A DNA stretch of 64,000 nucleotides from Candidatus Latescibacterota bacterium (lineage in GTDB: Bacteria; Latescibacterota; UBA2968), in assembly GCA_965208125.1 (NCBI GenBank), contig OZ242320.1, positions 1,728,001-1,792,000 on the forward strand, given 5' to 3'. The translations under genes and the position numbers were made by a program. Shown piece by piece: positions 46,203 through 56,581 of the stretch; the first letter of the stretch is position 1; every line of letters starts with the position of its first letter. The notes below the pieces were generated by a model. It ran no database searches. It was not told where the DNA came from and saw nothing but the letters and a program-made list of their open reading frames with translations.

Positions 46203-48395
46203 TTATAGATGGTGCCCGAGCTCCCGCGTAGAACGATCCAGGCGGGCGGCGATCATCTTGACGATAGCGGCATGAAAACGACCAGCGGCTTCGGGATGCC
46301 GCAATTGCAAGTGCTGTAGGGCCTCGGCGTCAAGACGGTACAGGACACTCGAGGTTTCGATTCGAACGCTCGCCGTACGCGGCCCTTCCATATAGACGGC
46401 CATCTCGCCGAGGATCGCACCACTCGTATAAACACACACGACGTGTTCACCGCCGTATGCTGCATCGACCACCACCGACACGGTACCCGAATCAACGATA
46501 TAAAGACTGTCTCCCAGATCCCCGCGCCGAAACAACCAGTTCCCCTCGGCATGTTTCTGCCTCTGGAAGAAGGGCACTATTCGGCGAGCGGCATCCTCGT
46601 CTCTCAGCATCTTGCTGAGCCGGCCTTCGAGTGTGTCAGTGCCGACGAGCCTCGACGCCTTGTGATCGTCCAAAATCCGGTCCTCGCAATAGGCAATGCC
46701 TTCATTGAGTTGAGAAAATTGACAGCGATGGACACGTGATGTCGGTTTCGTGAAAAACGCGATGCCTTCCAATTGTTCTCCCATCCTTTCGTCATGTCCC
46801 GTGATGACCACCGAAACCCCGTAATTTTCCGTCACCTGGGCCAGTCTCGAAAAGAGCGTGACACCCGACGCATCCATGAAGACGACATGTTTGAGATCCA
46901 GAATCAGATACTTTAACCTCAGTTCCTCCGGCGATGTCAGCTTTTCGCGTATGATGCCCATCAAGTCGCCAGCCGTTCCAAAGAAAAGAGCGCCTTGCAC
47001 CTCCATAATGAGAATACAGTCGCTCTCGTGGTCGAGAATCTCCCGAATCTCCGGATCGCGCTCAATGTGGCTGATGCGATCCCGTCCGGTGTATTCGCTT
47101 CTGATGCTGGTGAGCCGACTATAGTTGATTACGAACAGGATCACCGATATCAACAGCCCAAAAATTATCCCCTCAAGAAGACCCTTCCAGATGCAGACCG
47201 TCAGAATCAGCAGTACCACGATATAGTCCGACGACGGCAGTTCTTTTCGAGCCATCCACACCCATTTCAGCAGAAAATCGATTCCTATATAGACGAGCAG
47301 ACCGCCTACGATAAAAATCGGAAACATAGAGATGAAATTGATCGCGACGAAGACCGCGGTCAGGATGCAGGCAACGAAAACGAACCCCGCTAAACGGCGA
47401 TCGCCGCCCGACATGTAGAATAGGGCCGTATCCGGCAGACTCTGAACGCCAGCACAACCGCCGAACAGACCACAGGCCACGTTCGCGACCCCAGCCACCT
47501 TTAGTTCGCGATTTGGATCGAGCCCCTTATTGACGATGATTTCGATGGCCGTAACGTCGATCAAGAGCAGGATGACGCACACCATCGCAACCGCCCCGAT
47601 GCTACCAGCCTGCCCCGCGACAGTCAGCCAATGCACGCGGGACAAGTCATCGAAATCGAAGACCGGAAATAAGGTCGGGAAATCGGAAAGCTCCAGCAAC
47701 CAGCCCGAGGCCATGGCTACTTCCAGGGCCTGACCGCTCAACCACAAGAGCGTGTAGAACACCGCAAATCCCAGCAGCAAAAGGATCGGAATAACGAACC
47801 ACTGATTCCACCGGCGTTTAAAAACGTACAAAAACACGCCAAAAATCAACGGCGAAGCCCACTGCTGTATAATCTCCGGTGAAAACCATATAGCGAGGTC
47901 ATTCCAGGGGATGGGCTGATGCGTAGCGACCGACAACCCGCCTGTGAAAAGCGCGAATCCTCCTCCGGCAAAGATCCCTCCGGCGACCGGGTAAGGAAAG
48001 TAACGCACGAGTCTGCCCAGACCAAATTGTCCGACCAGCACCAGGACCAGACCGGTCACAATACTCGTGATCCCGAATGCCGCGATCACCGTCGCTAACA
48101 CATCGGCCTCTCGGCCCTGAGCCGCCATCGTTACTGCAATTTTTGCCGCCATCGCGGAAAAAATAGGTATCGTGGCTGATCGAAGCGAGACTATGATGCC
48201 GGGATAACCACTCCCCAGCGTCCCACCGAGTGCGATTACAACTGTGCTGATCAGAAGCAGGACAATTCCCGTCGAGAGATACTCTACCATAGGGCCGGAA
48301 AAAATCAACGCTGCTAAAGCAATCGTTCCAAATATTGCCAGGATCCCATTGATAATTCCGGCCAAAATATTTTCGATGTTCTTTTGCAACTTCAT
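46203..48395 (-). CDS. SulP/SLC26 anion transporter with STAS and cyclic-nucleotide-binding domains
   Basis: Multi-TM core (VRYFPYPV, NRELKVAGVAN); STAS (GALFFG, DLKHVVFMDASG); CNBD (GDSLYIVDSG...GEMA...PRTASV). Confidence 0.92.
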   Translation of the reverse strand: MKLQKNIENILAGIINGILAIFGTIALAALIFSGPMVEYLSTGIVLLLISTVVIALGGTLGSGYPGIIVSLRSATIPIFSAMAAKIAVTMAAQGREADVLATVIAAFGITSIVTGLVLVLVGQFGLGRLVRYFPYPVAGGIFAGGGFALFTGGLSVATHQPIPWNDLAIWFSPEIIQQWASPLIFGVFLYVFKRRWNQWFVIPILLLLGFAVFYTLLWLSGQALEVAMASGWLLELSDFPTLFPVFDFDDLSRVHWLTVAGQAGSIGAVAMVCVILLLIDVTAIEIIVNKGLDPNRELKVAGVANVACGLFGGCAGVQSLPDTALFYMSGGDRRLAGFVFVACILTAVFVAINFISMFPIFIVGGLLVYIGIDFLLKWVWMARKELPSSDYIVVLLILTVCIWKGLLEGIIFGLLISVILFVINYSRLTSIRSEYTGRDRISHIERDPEIREILDHESDCILIMEVQGALFFGTAGDLMGIIREKLTSPEELRLKYLILDLKHVVFMDASGVTLFSRLAQVTENYGVSVVITGHDERMGEQLEGIAFFTKPTSRVHRCQFSQLNEGIAYCEDRILDDHKASRLVGTDTLEGRLSKMLRDEDAARRIVPFFQRQKHAEGNWLFRRGDLGDSLYIVDSGTVSVVVDAAYGGEHVVCVYTSGAILGEMAVYMEGPRTASVRIETSSVLYRLDAEALQHLQLRHPEAAGRFHAAIVKMIAARLDRSTRELGHHL

Positions 48396-48432
48396 GGAAA
48401 TTTGTCTTTTCGAATACCTTTAGAACAGCTTC

Positions 48433-51400
48433 TCAGGTTTCTGCGTGCCCGGTGCGCACAGCTCCTTCCCGTATCTGTCGCACCGGCTGCGCGTCCAGAA
48501 AGGTGTGCCGCCGTTCGGAATCTTGCAGTTGCGTCGCCACCTCGTGAATGATGTCCAGTGCCTCGCGATAGGCAGCGCGAGCCCGATCCGTCTCGCCCCG
48601 ATCTTCATACAGCATCCCCAGGGCCTGGTGCGTCCGCCAAATCTGCGGCGGATTGCCGAGGTCCCGGCTAATCGCCAGTGCCCGGCGGAGGGCTTGCTCG
48701 GCTTCCTCATCGCGTCCTTGAGCGAGGAGGGCCTGCCCTTGCAGGCGCCATCCCTTGGCGAGGTTCTTGCGGCTTGCCGTCGGCTCTGCCTCCTTGCAGC
48801 ACAACTCGGTATATATGAGAGCCTTCGCGCTGTCTCCCTTAGCCAGCCACAACTCGCCCAGGCTGTGCCACAAATGCTGGGCGTATCGCCATTTCATCCA
48901 GTCTTCGCCCCATGTCCCGTGCCGCTGCAGGCTTTCGTGGACCTCCTCGAGATGCTCTTCGGCCTCTTCCAACCTGCCGAGCAGGAGGAGAGTATCGCCC
49001 TGGTTCAACTGTGCGTTCCTGATGACTTCGGGATCGCCGATTTCCTCCGAGGCGTCGAGACACGTCTGGTTGTAATGAAGAGCCGCCTCCAGGTCATAGA
49101 GCTCGCCGCACACCCAGCCCAGAGTATTGAGAATCCGCCCTCTGTGGGCGTAGTCACCGAGACGCTCGCTCAGATCCAGGGCTTCTTCGAGGGACGCAAG
49201 AGCCTTCTCGTAGTCACCCCTCCCACACAGGATAATCCCTCTCATCCACAGCACCCCAGAGATGAGAAATGGCAGGTTCTGCGTCCGGCCGATGTGCAGT
49301 GCCTGATCCAGAAGCTGGAGTGCCTGTGCGTATTCCCCCTTCCAGTTCCTGATCTGTCCCAGCACCCACAGGCAGAACCCTTCCTGCTCCTCATCCTTGG
49401 CTTCTCGACTTATCTGCAACGCATCATTGCAATGACGCCTGGCCTCGTCGAGATCACCGAGCACGGCGCGTACCCAGCCGATGACGAAGGTACTCGCCGC
49501 GACCGTAGATCCGGCACCGATCTGCTGTGCTAACACCTTCGCGCGCTCGCTGCATTGCAAAGCCTCCTCAAATTCGTGGGCCCAGTGATAGCCCAAACCC
49601 ATCTTATAGAGGGCGAACGCCTCTTGCGCCCGGTCTCTGTTTCGACGGGCGATCTCGAGCACTTGTCGATAGGCTTCGACAGAAAGCAAGAACTCGCTGC
49701 GGAGAAAATGCGCCTCGCCTTTGTGGGCGTAGATCGACATCATCTCCGGATTGACCGCCGAGCCGAGTTGTTCACAGACGACCAGGGCACGCGCGTGGAA
49801 ATCAAGTGCTTCCTTTAGAGCCGAGGCCTGCTGTGCCTTCTGTCCGGCTTGCACGAGATAGGTCAGTGCCTTTTTCCACATTTCCCCCCGCTCGAAATGA
49901 TGGGCCAACACTTCAGCGTGTTCGACCAGGTGATCAACCTCGAATTTCTCGATGGTTTCGCCAATCAGCCGATGCAGATATTGCTGGCTCCTGACCAATA
50001 GCGATTGGTACGCCACCTCGCGCGTGAGCGCGTGTTTAAATATATAGCTTAGATCTGGCTCCGAATCCATTTCGCGGATCATTTCAATATCCGTCAGGTC
50101 CCGCAAATAGGTATCGAGCAGGTCCGGCTGAGCCACCTCCAGCCGGACGAGTAGCCCGCGTGTAAACTCTCGACCAACCGCGGCGGCGAACTGAAGCGTT
50201 GTCCTGTGCGCCTCCTCAAGGCGATCAAATCGCGCCGAGAGAACGTCCTGGACGGTCTCGGGAATAGAAATATCCTCAATGGGCCTGGTCAACACACAAC
50301 GATGCTCAACTCGTCGTATGGCCCCGACTTCCTGGAGCGATCTGACCACTTGTTCGATAAAGAACGGATTCCCTTCCGTTTTGCGGTCAATCAGGCTTGC
50401 GAGCTCGTCCGGCAAAAAATCGACGCCCAGTATGGTCTTGGCTATCTGTGTGCTATGCTTTGTCGAGAGTGGTTGCAGAGTCAAGTGCGTATGATAGGTT
50501 CGCTCGCCAAATGGAGAGGCATAACCGGGCCGATAGGTCAACAGGAACAAGACATGGCTTGTCGAGATGCTGTCGGCAATGACCTTGAGAAAGTCTTGAG
50601 TCGCCTGATCCATCCAGTGGATATCCTCCAGGACGATCACTCTGGGGGACAACTCCGAGGCGTAGAACAGGACACGCTGGAGCGCGCGGAAAAGCTCGTT
50701 CCGGCGCAGTTGAGGGTCCATCCTTCGCACGTTCTCGTCTCCGGGGTCTAAGGCGAGAAGGTAACGCAGATAAGGCAGATCGGAACGCAAGGCATCGCTG
50801 TGACTTAACAACGTCTGCTCGATCTTTGTGACGACCGTCGTGTCCGCCTCTGCCTCCTCGATACCTGCGCTTCTCTTGAGCATATCGATTAAAGGATGAA
50901 ATACTGAGGAACTTCCAAACGAAAGGGCGCGGCCTTCAAGCCAGGTAGCAGCGGTGGCAGCGATCCGCTGACGGAACTCCAGCAGGAGACGCGATTTGCC
51001 AATACCTGGATCCCCGACCAGAAAGACCATCTGTCCATGACCCGCCTGTGCCTGTGCAAAGCAGTTCTGCAGTGTCTGCAACTCGCGTTCGCGCCCCATG
51101 AAATGCGTCAGACCGCGTTTGATTTCCACGTCGAGTCTATTCACGGATTCAAACGCGGCAAGCACCTCCCAGGCCAGCATCGAATCGGCCTTTCCCTTCA
51201 GGTCAAGGGTGCCGAGCGAGCGCGTTTGGCAATATCCTTTAACCAGACGATGGGTGGACTCTGAGATCACGATCTGGTCGGGGGCGGCCTGACCTTCCAG
51301 GCGAGCCGCCACATTCGTGGTGTCCCCCACGGCGGTGTAATCCATCCGCAAGTTGTCGCCGATGGCTCCCACCACCACGGTACCCGTATTTATTCCTATC

Positions 51401-52029
51401 CGGAGGGTAATCTGGGCATCGCTTTGTCGCGTCCTCGCGTTGTTCCATGCCTCAATCTGATGACGAAGCCCCAACGCGGTGAGCACTGCGCGTTGGGCAT
51501 GATTCTCATGGGCGATAGGGGCACCAAACAACGCCATGAAACCATCGCCCAGGAATTGATTGACATTGCCTTCGTAGCGATGGACGGCATCAAGGGCGAG
51601 CTTGAAGAACTGGTTCAGGAGGTCGTGCATGGCCTCTGCGCCGAGTTGCTCGGCCATACCCGTCGAGTTCGCCATATCGCAGAACAGTACCGTGACCTGC
51701 TTGCGTTCTCCTTGCAAAGCGGCACGAGACGTGAGTATTTTCTCGACCAGATGGGGCGGGGTGTACATGTTCGGATCGCGCGTGCCCGTCTCCGACGCCG
51801 GAAACGCCGCGGGTGGTGTGGCATCCTGGTCCGAGGCGGAGCATTCGGCCCATACGAGCCCCCGACCATCCTCATCCTTCGCCTGGGGATGGTCAAAGAG
51901 AATCGCCTCTTTGAGGTCCTCAAGCACCTCGTCATCGAGATCAAACTGGCGTTTGAGAGCGCGATACGAAACCCGGCCACGACCGCGAAGCAGTTCCAGT
52001 ATCTGGTCAACTATCTCGTAAAAATCTAT
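48433..52029 (-). CDS. Class III nucleotidyl cyclase - AAA/STAND ATPase - TPR protein (start uncertain, 52029-52095)
   Basis: VTVLFCD, QFLGDG and GDTTNVAARLE cyclase motifs; GDPGIGKS Walker A; LEDIHW Walker B; FKHALT; about 9 TPR-like repeats. Confidence 0.92.
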   Translation of the reverse strand: MDFYEIVDQILELLRGRGRVSYRALKRQFDLDDEVLEDLKEAILFDHPQAKDEDGRGLVWAECSASDQDATPPAAFPASETGTRDPNMYTPPHLVEKILTSRAALQGERKQVTVLFCDMANSTGMAEQLGAEAMHDLLNQFFKLALDAVHRYEGNVNQFLGDGFMALFGAPIAHENHAQRAVLTALGLRHQIEAWNNARTRQSDAQITLRIGINTGTVVVGAIGDNLRMDYTAVGDTTNVAARLEGQAAPDQIVISESTHRLVKGYCQTRSLGTLDLKGKADSMLAWEVLAAFESVNRLDVEIKRGLTHFMGRERELQTLQNCFAQAQAGHGQMVFLVGDPGIGKSRLLLEFRQRIAATAATWLEGRALSFGSSSVFHPLIDMLKRSAGIEEAEADTTVVTKIEQTLLSHSDALRSDLPYLRYLLALDPGDENVRRMDPQLRRNELFRALQRVLFYASELSPRVIVLEDIHWMDQATQDFLKVIADSISTSHVLFLLTYRPGYASPFGERTYHTHLTLQPLSTKHSTQIAKTILGVDFLPDELASLIDRKTEGNPFFIEQVVRSLQEVGAIRRVEHRCVLTRPIEDISIPETVQDVLSARFDRLEEAHRTTLQFAAAVGREFTRGLLVRLEVAQPDLLDTYLRDLTDIEMIREMDSEPDLSYIFKHALTREVAYQSLLVRSQQYLHRLIGETIEKFEVDHLVEHAEVLAHHFERGEMWKKALTYLVQAGQKAQQASALKEALDFHARALVVCEQLGSAVNPEMMSIYAHKGEAHFLRSEFLLSVEAYRQVLEIARRNRDRAQEAFALYKMGLGYHWAHEFEEALQCSERAKVLAQQIGAGSTVAASTFVIGWVRAVLGDLDEARRHCNDALQISREAKDEEQEGFCLWVLGQIRNWKGEYAQALQLLDQALHIGRTQNLPFLISGVLWMRGIILCGRGDYEKALASLEEALDLSERLGDYAHRGRILNTLGWVCGELYDLEAALHYNQTCLDASEEIGDPEVIRNAQLNQGDTLLLLGRLEEAEEHLEEVHESLQRHGTWGEDWMKWRYAQHLWHSLGELWLAKGDSAKALIYTELCCKEAEPTASRKNLAKGWRLQGQALLAQGRDEEAEQALRRALAISRDLGNPPQIWRTHQALGMLYEDRGETDRARAAYREALDIIHEVATQLQDSERRHTFLDAQPVRQIREGAVRTGHAET

Positions 52030-52283
52030 ATCTTCACCCCTTCCGATGACACACATCCGGCCTGCACCCGGACCAATGGCATTGGGTTTTGGCAATCCTT
52101 ATATATCGGCTTTGAGCCGCGATTTTTGCTTGCCAATCCATCGCGTTCTTGCTTCTATATAAAGTATAATTCAGCAATCAAGATATGCGAATTCACAGGC
52201 GCGTCAAGCGCGTTTTGCGAACCTCTAACCATCCACAAACTCACGAACCAAATCCACCTCCCAACCAACATTGGAGAACCCGC

Positions 52284-53684
52284 ATGAAAAAACACCTTAT
52301 CCTGATCTGTATCCTGAGCTTCGTACATCACCCGGCATTCGCACAGGACGGAAAAGCCCTGTACGCGACATATTGCGCGCAGTGTCACGGACCCGACCTG
52401 AGAGGAGGCAATGCACCGAGCATGGTCGATGGCATCTGGAAATACGGAGACGGACGCGGCTATCGCATCCGCAACATCAAAAACGGACTCACCGAACTGG
52501 GCATGCCCGGCTATGAAAAACAGCTAACAAACAGACAGATCGCAATGATCGTAGATTTTATCGAACAACAAGAAAAAGAAGTGGGCCAACCCAAACCCCC
52601 GCCACCCGACTTTGTACAAACACTCGACTACGACATAAACGTCGATATCTGGGTACAGGACCTGCAAATCCCCTGGGGAATCGACTTTATCGATCCACAA
52701 ACCGCACTGATTACCGAGCGCCCAGGCACACTGAGAATGGTAAAAAACGGGCAACTCCTCGACCCCGTTGCGGGAACGCCCCAGGTGGTTCACGAAGGAC
52801 AGGGCGGCTTGATGGACGTAGCAATAGACCCGAACTACGTTGAAAACGGCTGGATCTACCTCGCCTACAGCCATGAACTCGCCCACCGCGAAGGACAGCG
52901 TCGCTCTCCCGCAATGACCCGCATCGTGCGCGGTCACATCAGGGACAACACCTATGTCAACCAACAAGTAATCTACGAAGCCCCGCATGAAACCTATCTC
53001 ACCACCCGGCATCACTACGGCACTCGCATCGTATTCGACGCAGACGGGTACCTCTACTTTGCAATAGGAGACCGGGGCTTGCAAAACCAGGCACAGGACT
53101 TGACCCGACCAAACGGCAAAGTCCACCGCATCCACACAGACGGGCGCATCCCCAAAGACAATCCCTTTCTGAGCCAGGAAGACGCCCTCAAAACCATCTA
53201 TTCCTATGGCCATCGCAATCCTCAGGGCATGGCAGTCAATCCAGTCACTGGAAAAATATGGGACGGCGAGCACGGCCCAATGGGCGGTGATGAACTCAAT
53301 GTCGTAGCCAGAGGAAAAAACTACGGATGGCCTGAAATCACCTACGGCCTCAACTACAACGGCACAATCGTATCCGACCGCGTCAGCCAACCGGGAATGG
53401 AACAACCAACCCTTTATTGGAGACCCTCAATCGCCATCTGCGGCATCAACTTTTACCAGGGCAACATGTTCCCCAAATGGCACAACAAATTGCTTGTGGC
53501 ATCCCTGAAATACGAAGATGTGCGGGTACTCTCCATTGACGGAGATCGCGTCATGCACGAAGAAGTGATCCTCAAAAATGCGGGACGGGTACGCGAAGCT
53601 ATATCCGGACCAGATGGCGCAGTGTACGTAGTCCTCAACCAGCCTGATATAATTTTGCGCTTAACGCTAAATGAAGAGAGATGA
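52284..53684 (+). CDS. Cytochrome c + PQQ-dependent sugar dehydrogenase (GSDH family)
   Basis: Signal peptide from ATG 52284; CAQCH; GQGGLMDV, YGHRNPQG and EHGPMGGDELN motifs. Confidence 0.92.
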   Translation: MKKHLILICILSFVHHPAFAQDGKALYATYCAQCHGPDLRGGNAPSMVDGIWKYGDGRGYRIRNIKNGLTELGMPGYEKQLTNRQIAMIVDFIEQQEKEVGQPKPPPPDFVQTLDYDINVDIWVQDLQIPWGIDFIDPQTALITERPGTLRMVKNGQLLDPVAGTPQVVHEGQGGLMDVAIDPNYVENGWIYLAYSHELAHREGQRRSPAMTRIVRGHIRDNTYVNQQVIYEAPHETYLTTRHHYGTRIVFDADGYLYFAIGDRGLQNQAQDLTRPNGKVHRIHTDGRIPKDNPFLSQEDALKTIYSYGHRNPQGMAVNPVTGKIWDGEHGPMGGDELNVVARGKNYGWPEITYGLNYNGTIVSDRVSQPGMEQPTLYWRPSIAICGINFYQGNMFPKWHNKLLVASLKYEDVRVLSIDGDRVMHEEVILKNAGRVREAISGPDGAVYVVLNQPDIILRLTLNEER

Positions 53685-53697
53685 CAGGAGGGGCAAT

Positions 53698-54186
53698 TCA
53701 AACAAGGCTTCGCTGTAATTCAATTTTAACACCCATCTTTTCCGCTTCTTTTAACAAAAACGAAATGATATCAATGGGTTCAGACACAAGGGATTTGGCC
53801 ACCAATTTCATCATTAAATCCGCCGTTCGGGTCTGTTGATTGACCCGATCCTGGCGCTCCCAATTATAGATTGACTGTCGGGTACAGCCAATCAACTGGG
53901 CAAAATCGGTCACCGAAAGCCCAAGCGACTCTCGAAGCGTTTTGATCTCCTCGCGGGTATAAAAAATCTCATCGTCTTCAAGACGTTGATAAAACAAATC
54001 CTGCCATCGCTTCGTCTCTCTGGGGTCGAAGGCACGGGCATTACAAGTATCACACACGCCCACAATTGCATCTGGAACCACAAAGGGATAGGCTTTAACT
54101 TTGATCTTGTAATTCTGAAACCGCATAGGCTCAATAGTTCCCTTGCCACATTCAGGACAAGGAACGCCAAACATTCTATCATCCAT
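53698..54186 (-). CDS. MqsA-like antitoxin (Zn finger + XRE HTH)
   Basis: CPECG...CDTC; IKTLRESLGLSVTDFAQLIG..RQSIYNWE. Confidence 0.85.
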   Translation of the reverse strand: MDDRMFGVPCPECGKGTIEPMRFQNYKIKVKAYPFVVPDAIVGVCDTCNARAFDPRETKRWQDLFYQRLEDDEIFYTREEIKTLRESLGLSVTDFAQLIGCTRQSIYNWERQDRVNQQTRTADLMMKLVAKSLVSEPIDIISFLLKEAEKMGVKIELQRSLV

Positions 54187-54201
54187 TTTTTTATCCTTCC
54201 T

Positions 54202-54498
54202 TTACTCGGCATGATGGGCGGTAATAAAAAAATAAAAACGCCCTGTGTAACTTCTCACCACTTTTCCAGCGGTGTAGAATAGATGTCCATGTGTATCGCG
54301 TCCAATGATCACATATTTCATCCCATCCACTGCCTGTTTCAGTTCGTCTCGCTCCCGTTTATAAACTCGCGTTGCCGTAAAGATGCAATGTTCGAGATCT
54401 GCTTCTGAAAAATAACCTTCTTCTATGAGGTCTTCAACTTTAGACGAAATCAAGTATTGTTTTCTTGCAATGAGTTTTTTAATATCATTGAGGGTCAT
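54202..54498 (-). CDS. DUF4258-like putative toxin
   Basis: 98 aa upstream of the MqsA-like gene; DLEHCI..., KYVIIG and FITAH motifs. Confidence 0.65.
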   Translation of the reverse strand: MTLNDIKKLIARKQYLISSKVEDLIEEGYFSEADLEHCIFTATRVYKRERDELKQAVDGMKYVIIGRDTHGHLFYTAGKVVRSYTGRFYFFITAHHAE

Positions 54499-54575
54499 TC
54501 TCTCCCCTTCTATTTCTTGTCAAACTATAATATATGTAAAAATATGGACTCTTCAAAAGTAAAATTTTATACATC

Positions 54576-56561
54576 ATGGCACTCGCGCAACCCGTAAACA
54601 ACACCGAAGCCCTGCCCAATCGCGACCGCGTAACTGCGCGCTGTGTATTGCTGGGATTGGGACTCGTCGTAAGCGTGAACACCTGGCCCATCTACGGGCT
54701 ATATGTGATCCACATCAACCAGATGGTATTCAGCTACATGGCGATGGCACTCATGATCCCATTCGTATTGCTATCGCTGGGGCTGAACGTACTCCTGCGA
54801 AAATTCTGGCCCCGCGCCGCATTTTCCCCCCTCGAAATGGCCGTCGTCTTCTCCATGGGACTGGTAGGCGCATTATTTCCCCTCATGAACTTCACCGGCC
54901 TGATCATGGGGCACCTCGCAACGCCCTATTATTTTGCCTCCGCGCAAAATCGGTGGTCCGAATTTCTCCATCCCCACTTGCCGCACTGGTTATTCCCCAC
55001 AGATGAAAACGGGGCCATGCGCCTCTTCTTCGAAGGCCTGCCGCCCGGCCATGCAATACCGTGGGAAGTCTGGATCGTCCCCCTATTCTGGTGGTTTGCA
55101 TTTGCAGGCGCAATCATCTGGACCTGCTTGTGCATCGCCGTAATTTTGCGACGACAGTGGTCCGAACACGAAAAACTACCCTTTCCCGCAGCACAGGTCG
55201 CGCTGGAACTCGTACGAGAAGAAAGCAAAAAAATATGGCCTCCCCTCGTAGGACGCCCGGCATTCTGGATCGGCATGGCAATTCCACTCACCGTAATATG
55301 CTGGAATATCCTATCGTATTTCATGCCCGACTTCCCAAAAATACCAATCACCCGAGCAGGCGACGGCGTCACATTTTTGCACATCAGCCGATATATTCCA
55401 GATCGGTACTTCTATATCGGAATACAATTCTTCATCGCGGGATTTGCCTACTGGACCAGCCTGGAAGTACTATTCTCAATCTGGTTTTTTTACTTACTCG
55501 TCGTAGCCGAAGTCTATACCTTTAACCGAATCGGATACACCATTGGAACACCCGGCTTGTGGTCCTCAACACACGCGGCCAATGCGTGGCAGGCATTTGG
55601 CGCACTCGCCTGTATGCTATGCCTGGGATTGTGGATGGGGCGCGAGCATCTCAAAGGCGTATGGCATGCCATCAGAGGACGAAAAAAATCGGACGACACA
55701 GAAGAACTCATGTCCTATCGCACAGCCGGCATAGGTGGCCTGGCTGGATTATTATTCATCATCGGATGGCTGCACACCGCGGGCATGGCCTGGTACGTAA
55801 TCATACCCTTCTTAATCGGCATGGGCATATTGTATGTGGGCATCGCCCGGGTCATAGCCGAAAGCGGACTGGTATATTTGCGCGGCTCCATGATGCCCCC
55901 GACCTTCGCCCTCTACACCCTCGGCTCGGCGAATATCCCGGCGACGAGCATGGCAAATTTCGCGTTCTCCTTCGCATACTTTACAGACGCCAAAAGCCTC
56001 GCCATGGCCAGCATGGCGCATTGCTCGTGGATCACAGCAGCCATAAAAGGACGCAAACGCATGGTCGCGATAGCCCTCGTATTGGCAGGTATTACAGCCG
56101 CCATCTCATCGGTCGCATTCACACTGTATCTGGGCTATGAAACAGGCGCATATAACTTCAGAGCATTTGAATTTCGCACACACCCGCGGATCTTCGATTA
56201 CTGGATCCGACAGATGCAAACCTTTAACCCACCCGACTGGAAGCGAATTGGCTTTTTCGGTTTTGGCGCAGCCGGAATGGCGCTATTGACATTCTTGCGG
56301 TATCGCGTATCCTGGTGGCCCTTGCACCCGGTTGGATTCGCCATCATGGAAACCCAGGCCGTGCGGGGAACGATCTTCACAATCTTTCTCGTATGGCTGT
56401 GCAAATTGCTCATCTTGCAAATCGGCGGCATCGCCCTATACCGCAAAGGCCAGCCCTTATTTCTCGGTATCCTCGTCGGGTTCATCCTCGGCGTGGCAAT
56501 CTCGGCAACAGTAGATACCATCTGGTTCCCCGGCAGCGGGCACTCGGTTCACCATTGGTAA
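54576..56561 (+). CDS. DUF6785/DUF6784-like multi-pass membrane protein (paralog 2)
   Basis: YFASAQNRW, RRQWSEHEKLPFP, WWPLHPVG and PLFLGILVG motifs. Confidence 0.8.
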   Translation: MALAQPVNNTEALPNRDRVTARCVLLGLGLVVSVNTWPIYGLYVIHINQMVFSYMAMALMIPFVLLSLGLNVLLRKFWPRAAFSPLEMAVVFSMGLVGALFPLMNFTGLIMGHLATPYYFASAQNRWSEFLHPHLPHWLFPTDENGAMRLFFEGLPPGHAIPWEVWIVPLFWWFAFAGAIIWTCLCIAVILRRQWSEHEKLPFPAAQVALELVREESKKIWPPLVGRPAFWIGMAIPLTVICWNILSYFMPDFPKIPITRAGDGVTFLHISRYIPDRYFYIGIQFFIAGFAYWTSLEVLFSIWFFYLLVVAEVYTFNRIGYTIGTPGLWSSTHAANAWQAFGALACMLCLGLWMGREHLKGVWHAIRGRKKSDDTEELMSYRTAGIGGLAGLLFIIGWLHTAGMAWYVIIPFLIGMGILYVGIARVIAESGLVYLRGSMMPPTFALYTLGSANIPATSMANFAFSFAYFTDAKSLAMASMAHCSWITAAIKGRKRMVAIALVLAGITAAISSVAFTLYLGYETGAYNFRAFEFRTHPRIFDYWIRQMQTFNPPDWKRIGFFGFGAAGMALLTFLRYRVSWWPLHPVGFAIMETQAVRGTIFTIFLVWLCKLLILQIGGIALYRKGQPLFLGILVGFILGVAISATVDTIWFPGSGHSVHHW

Positions 56562-56581
56562 ATCCTTAAAGGTCATCCAAA

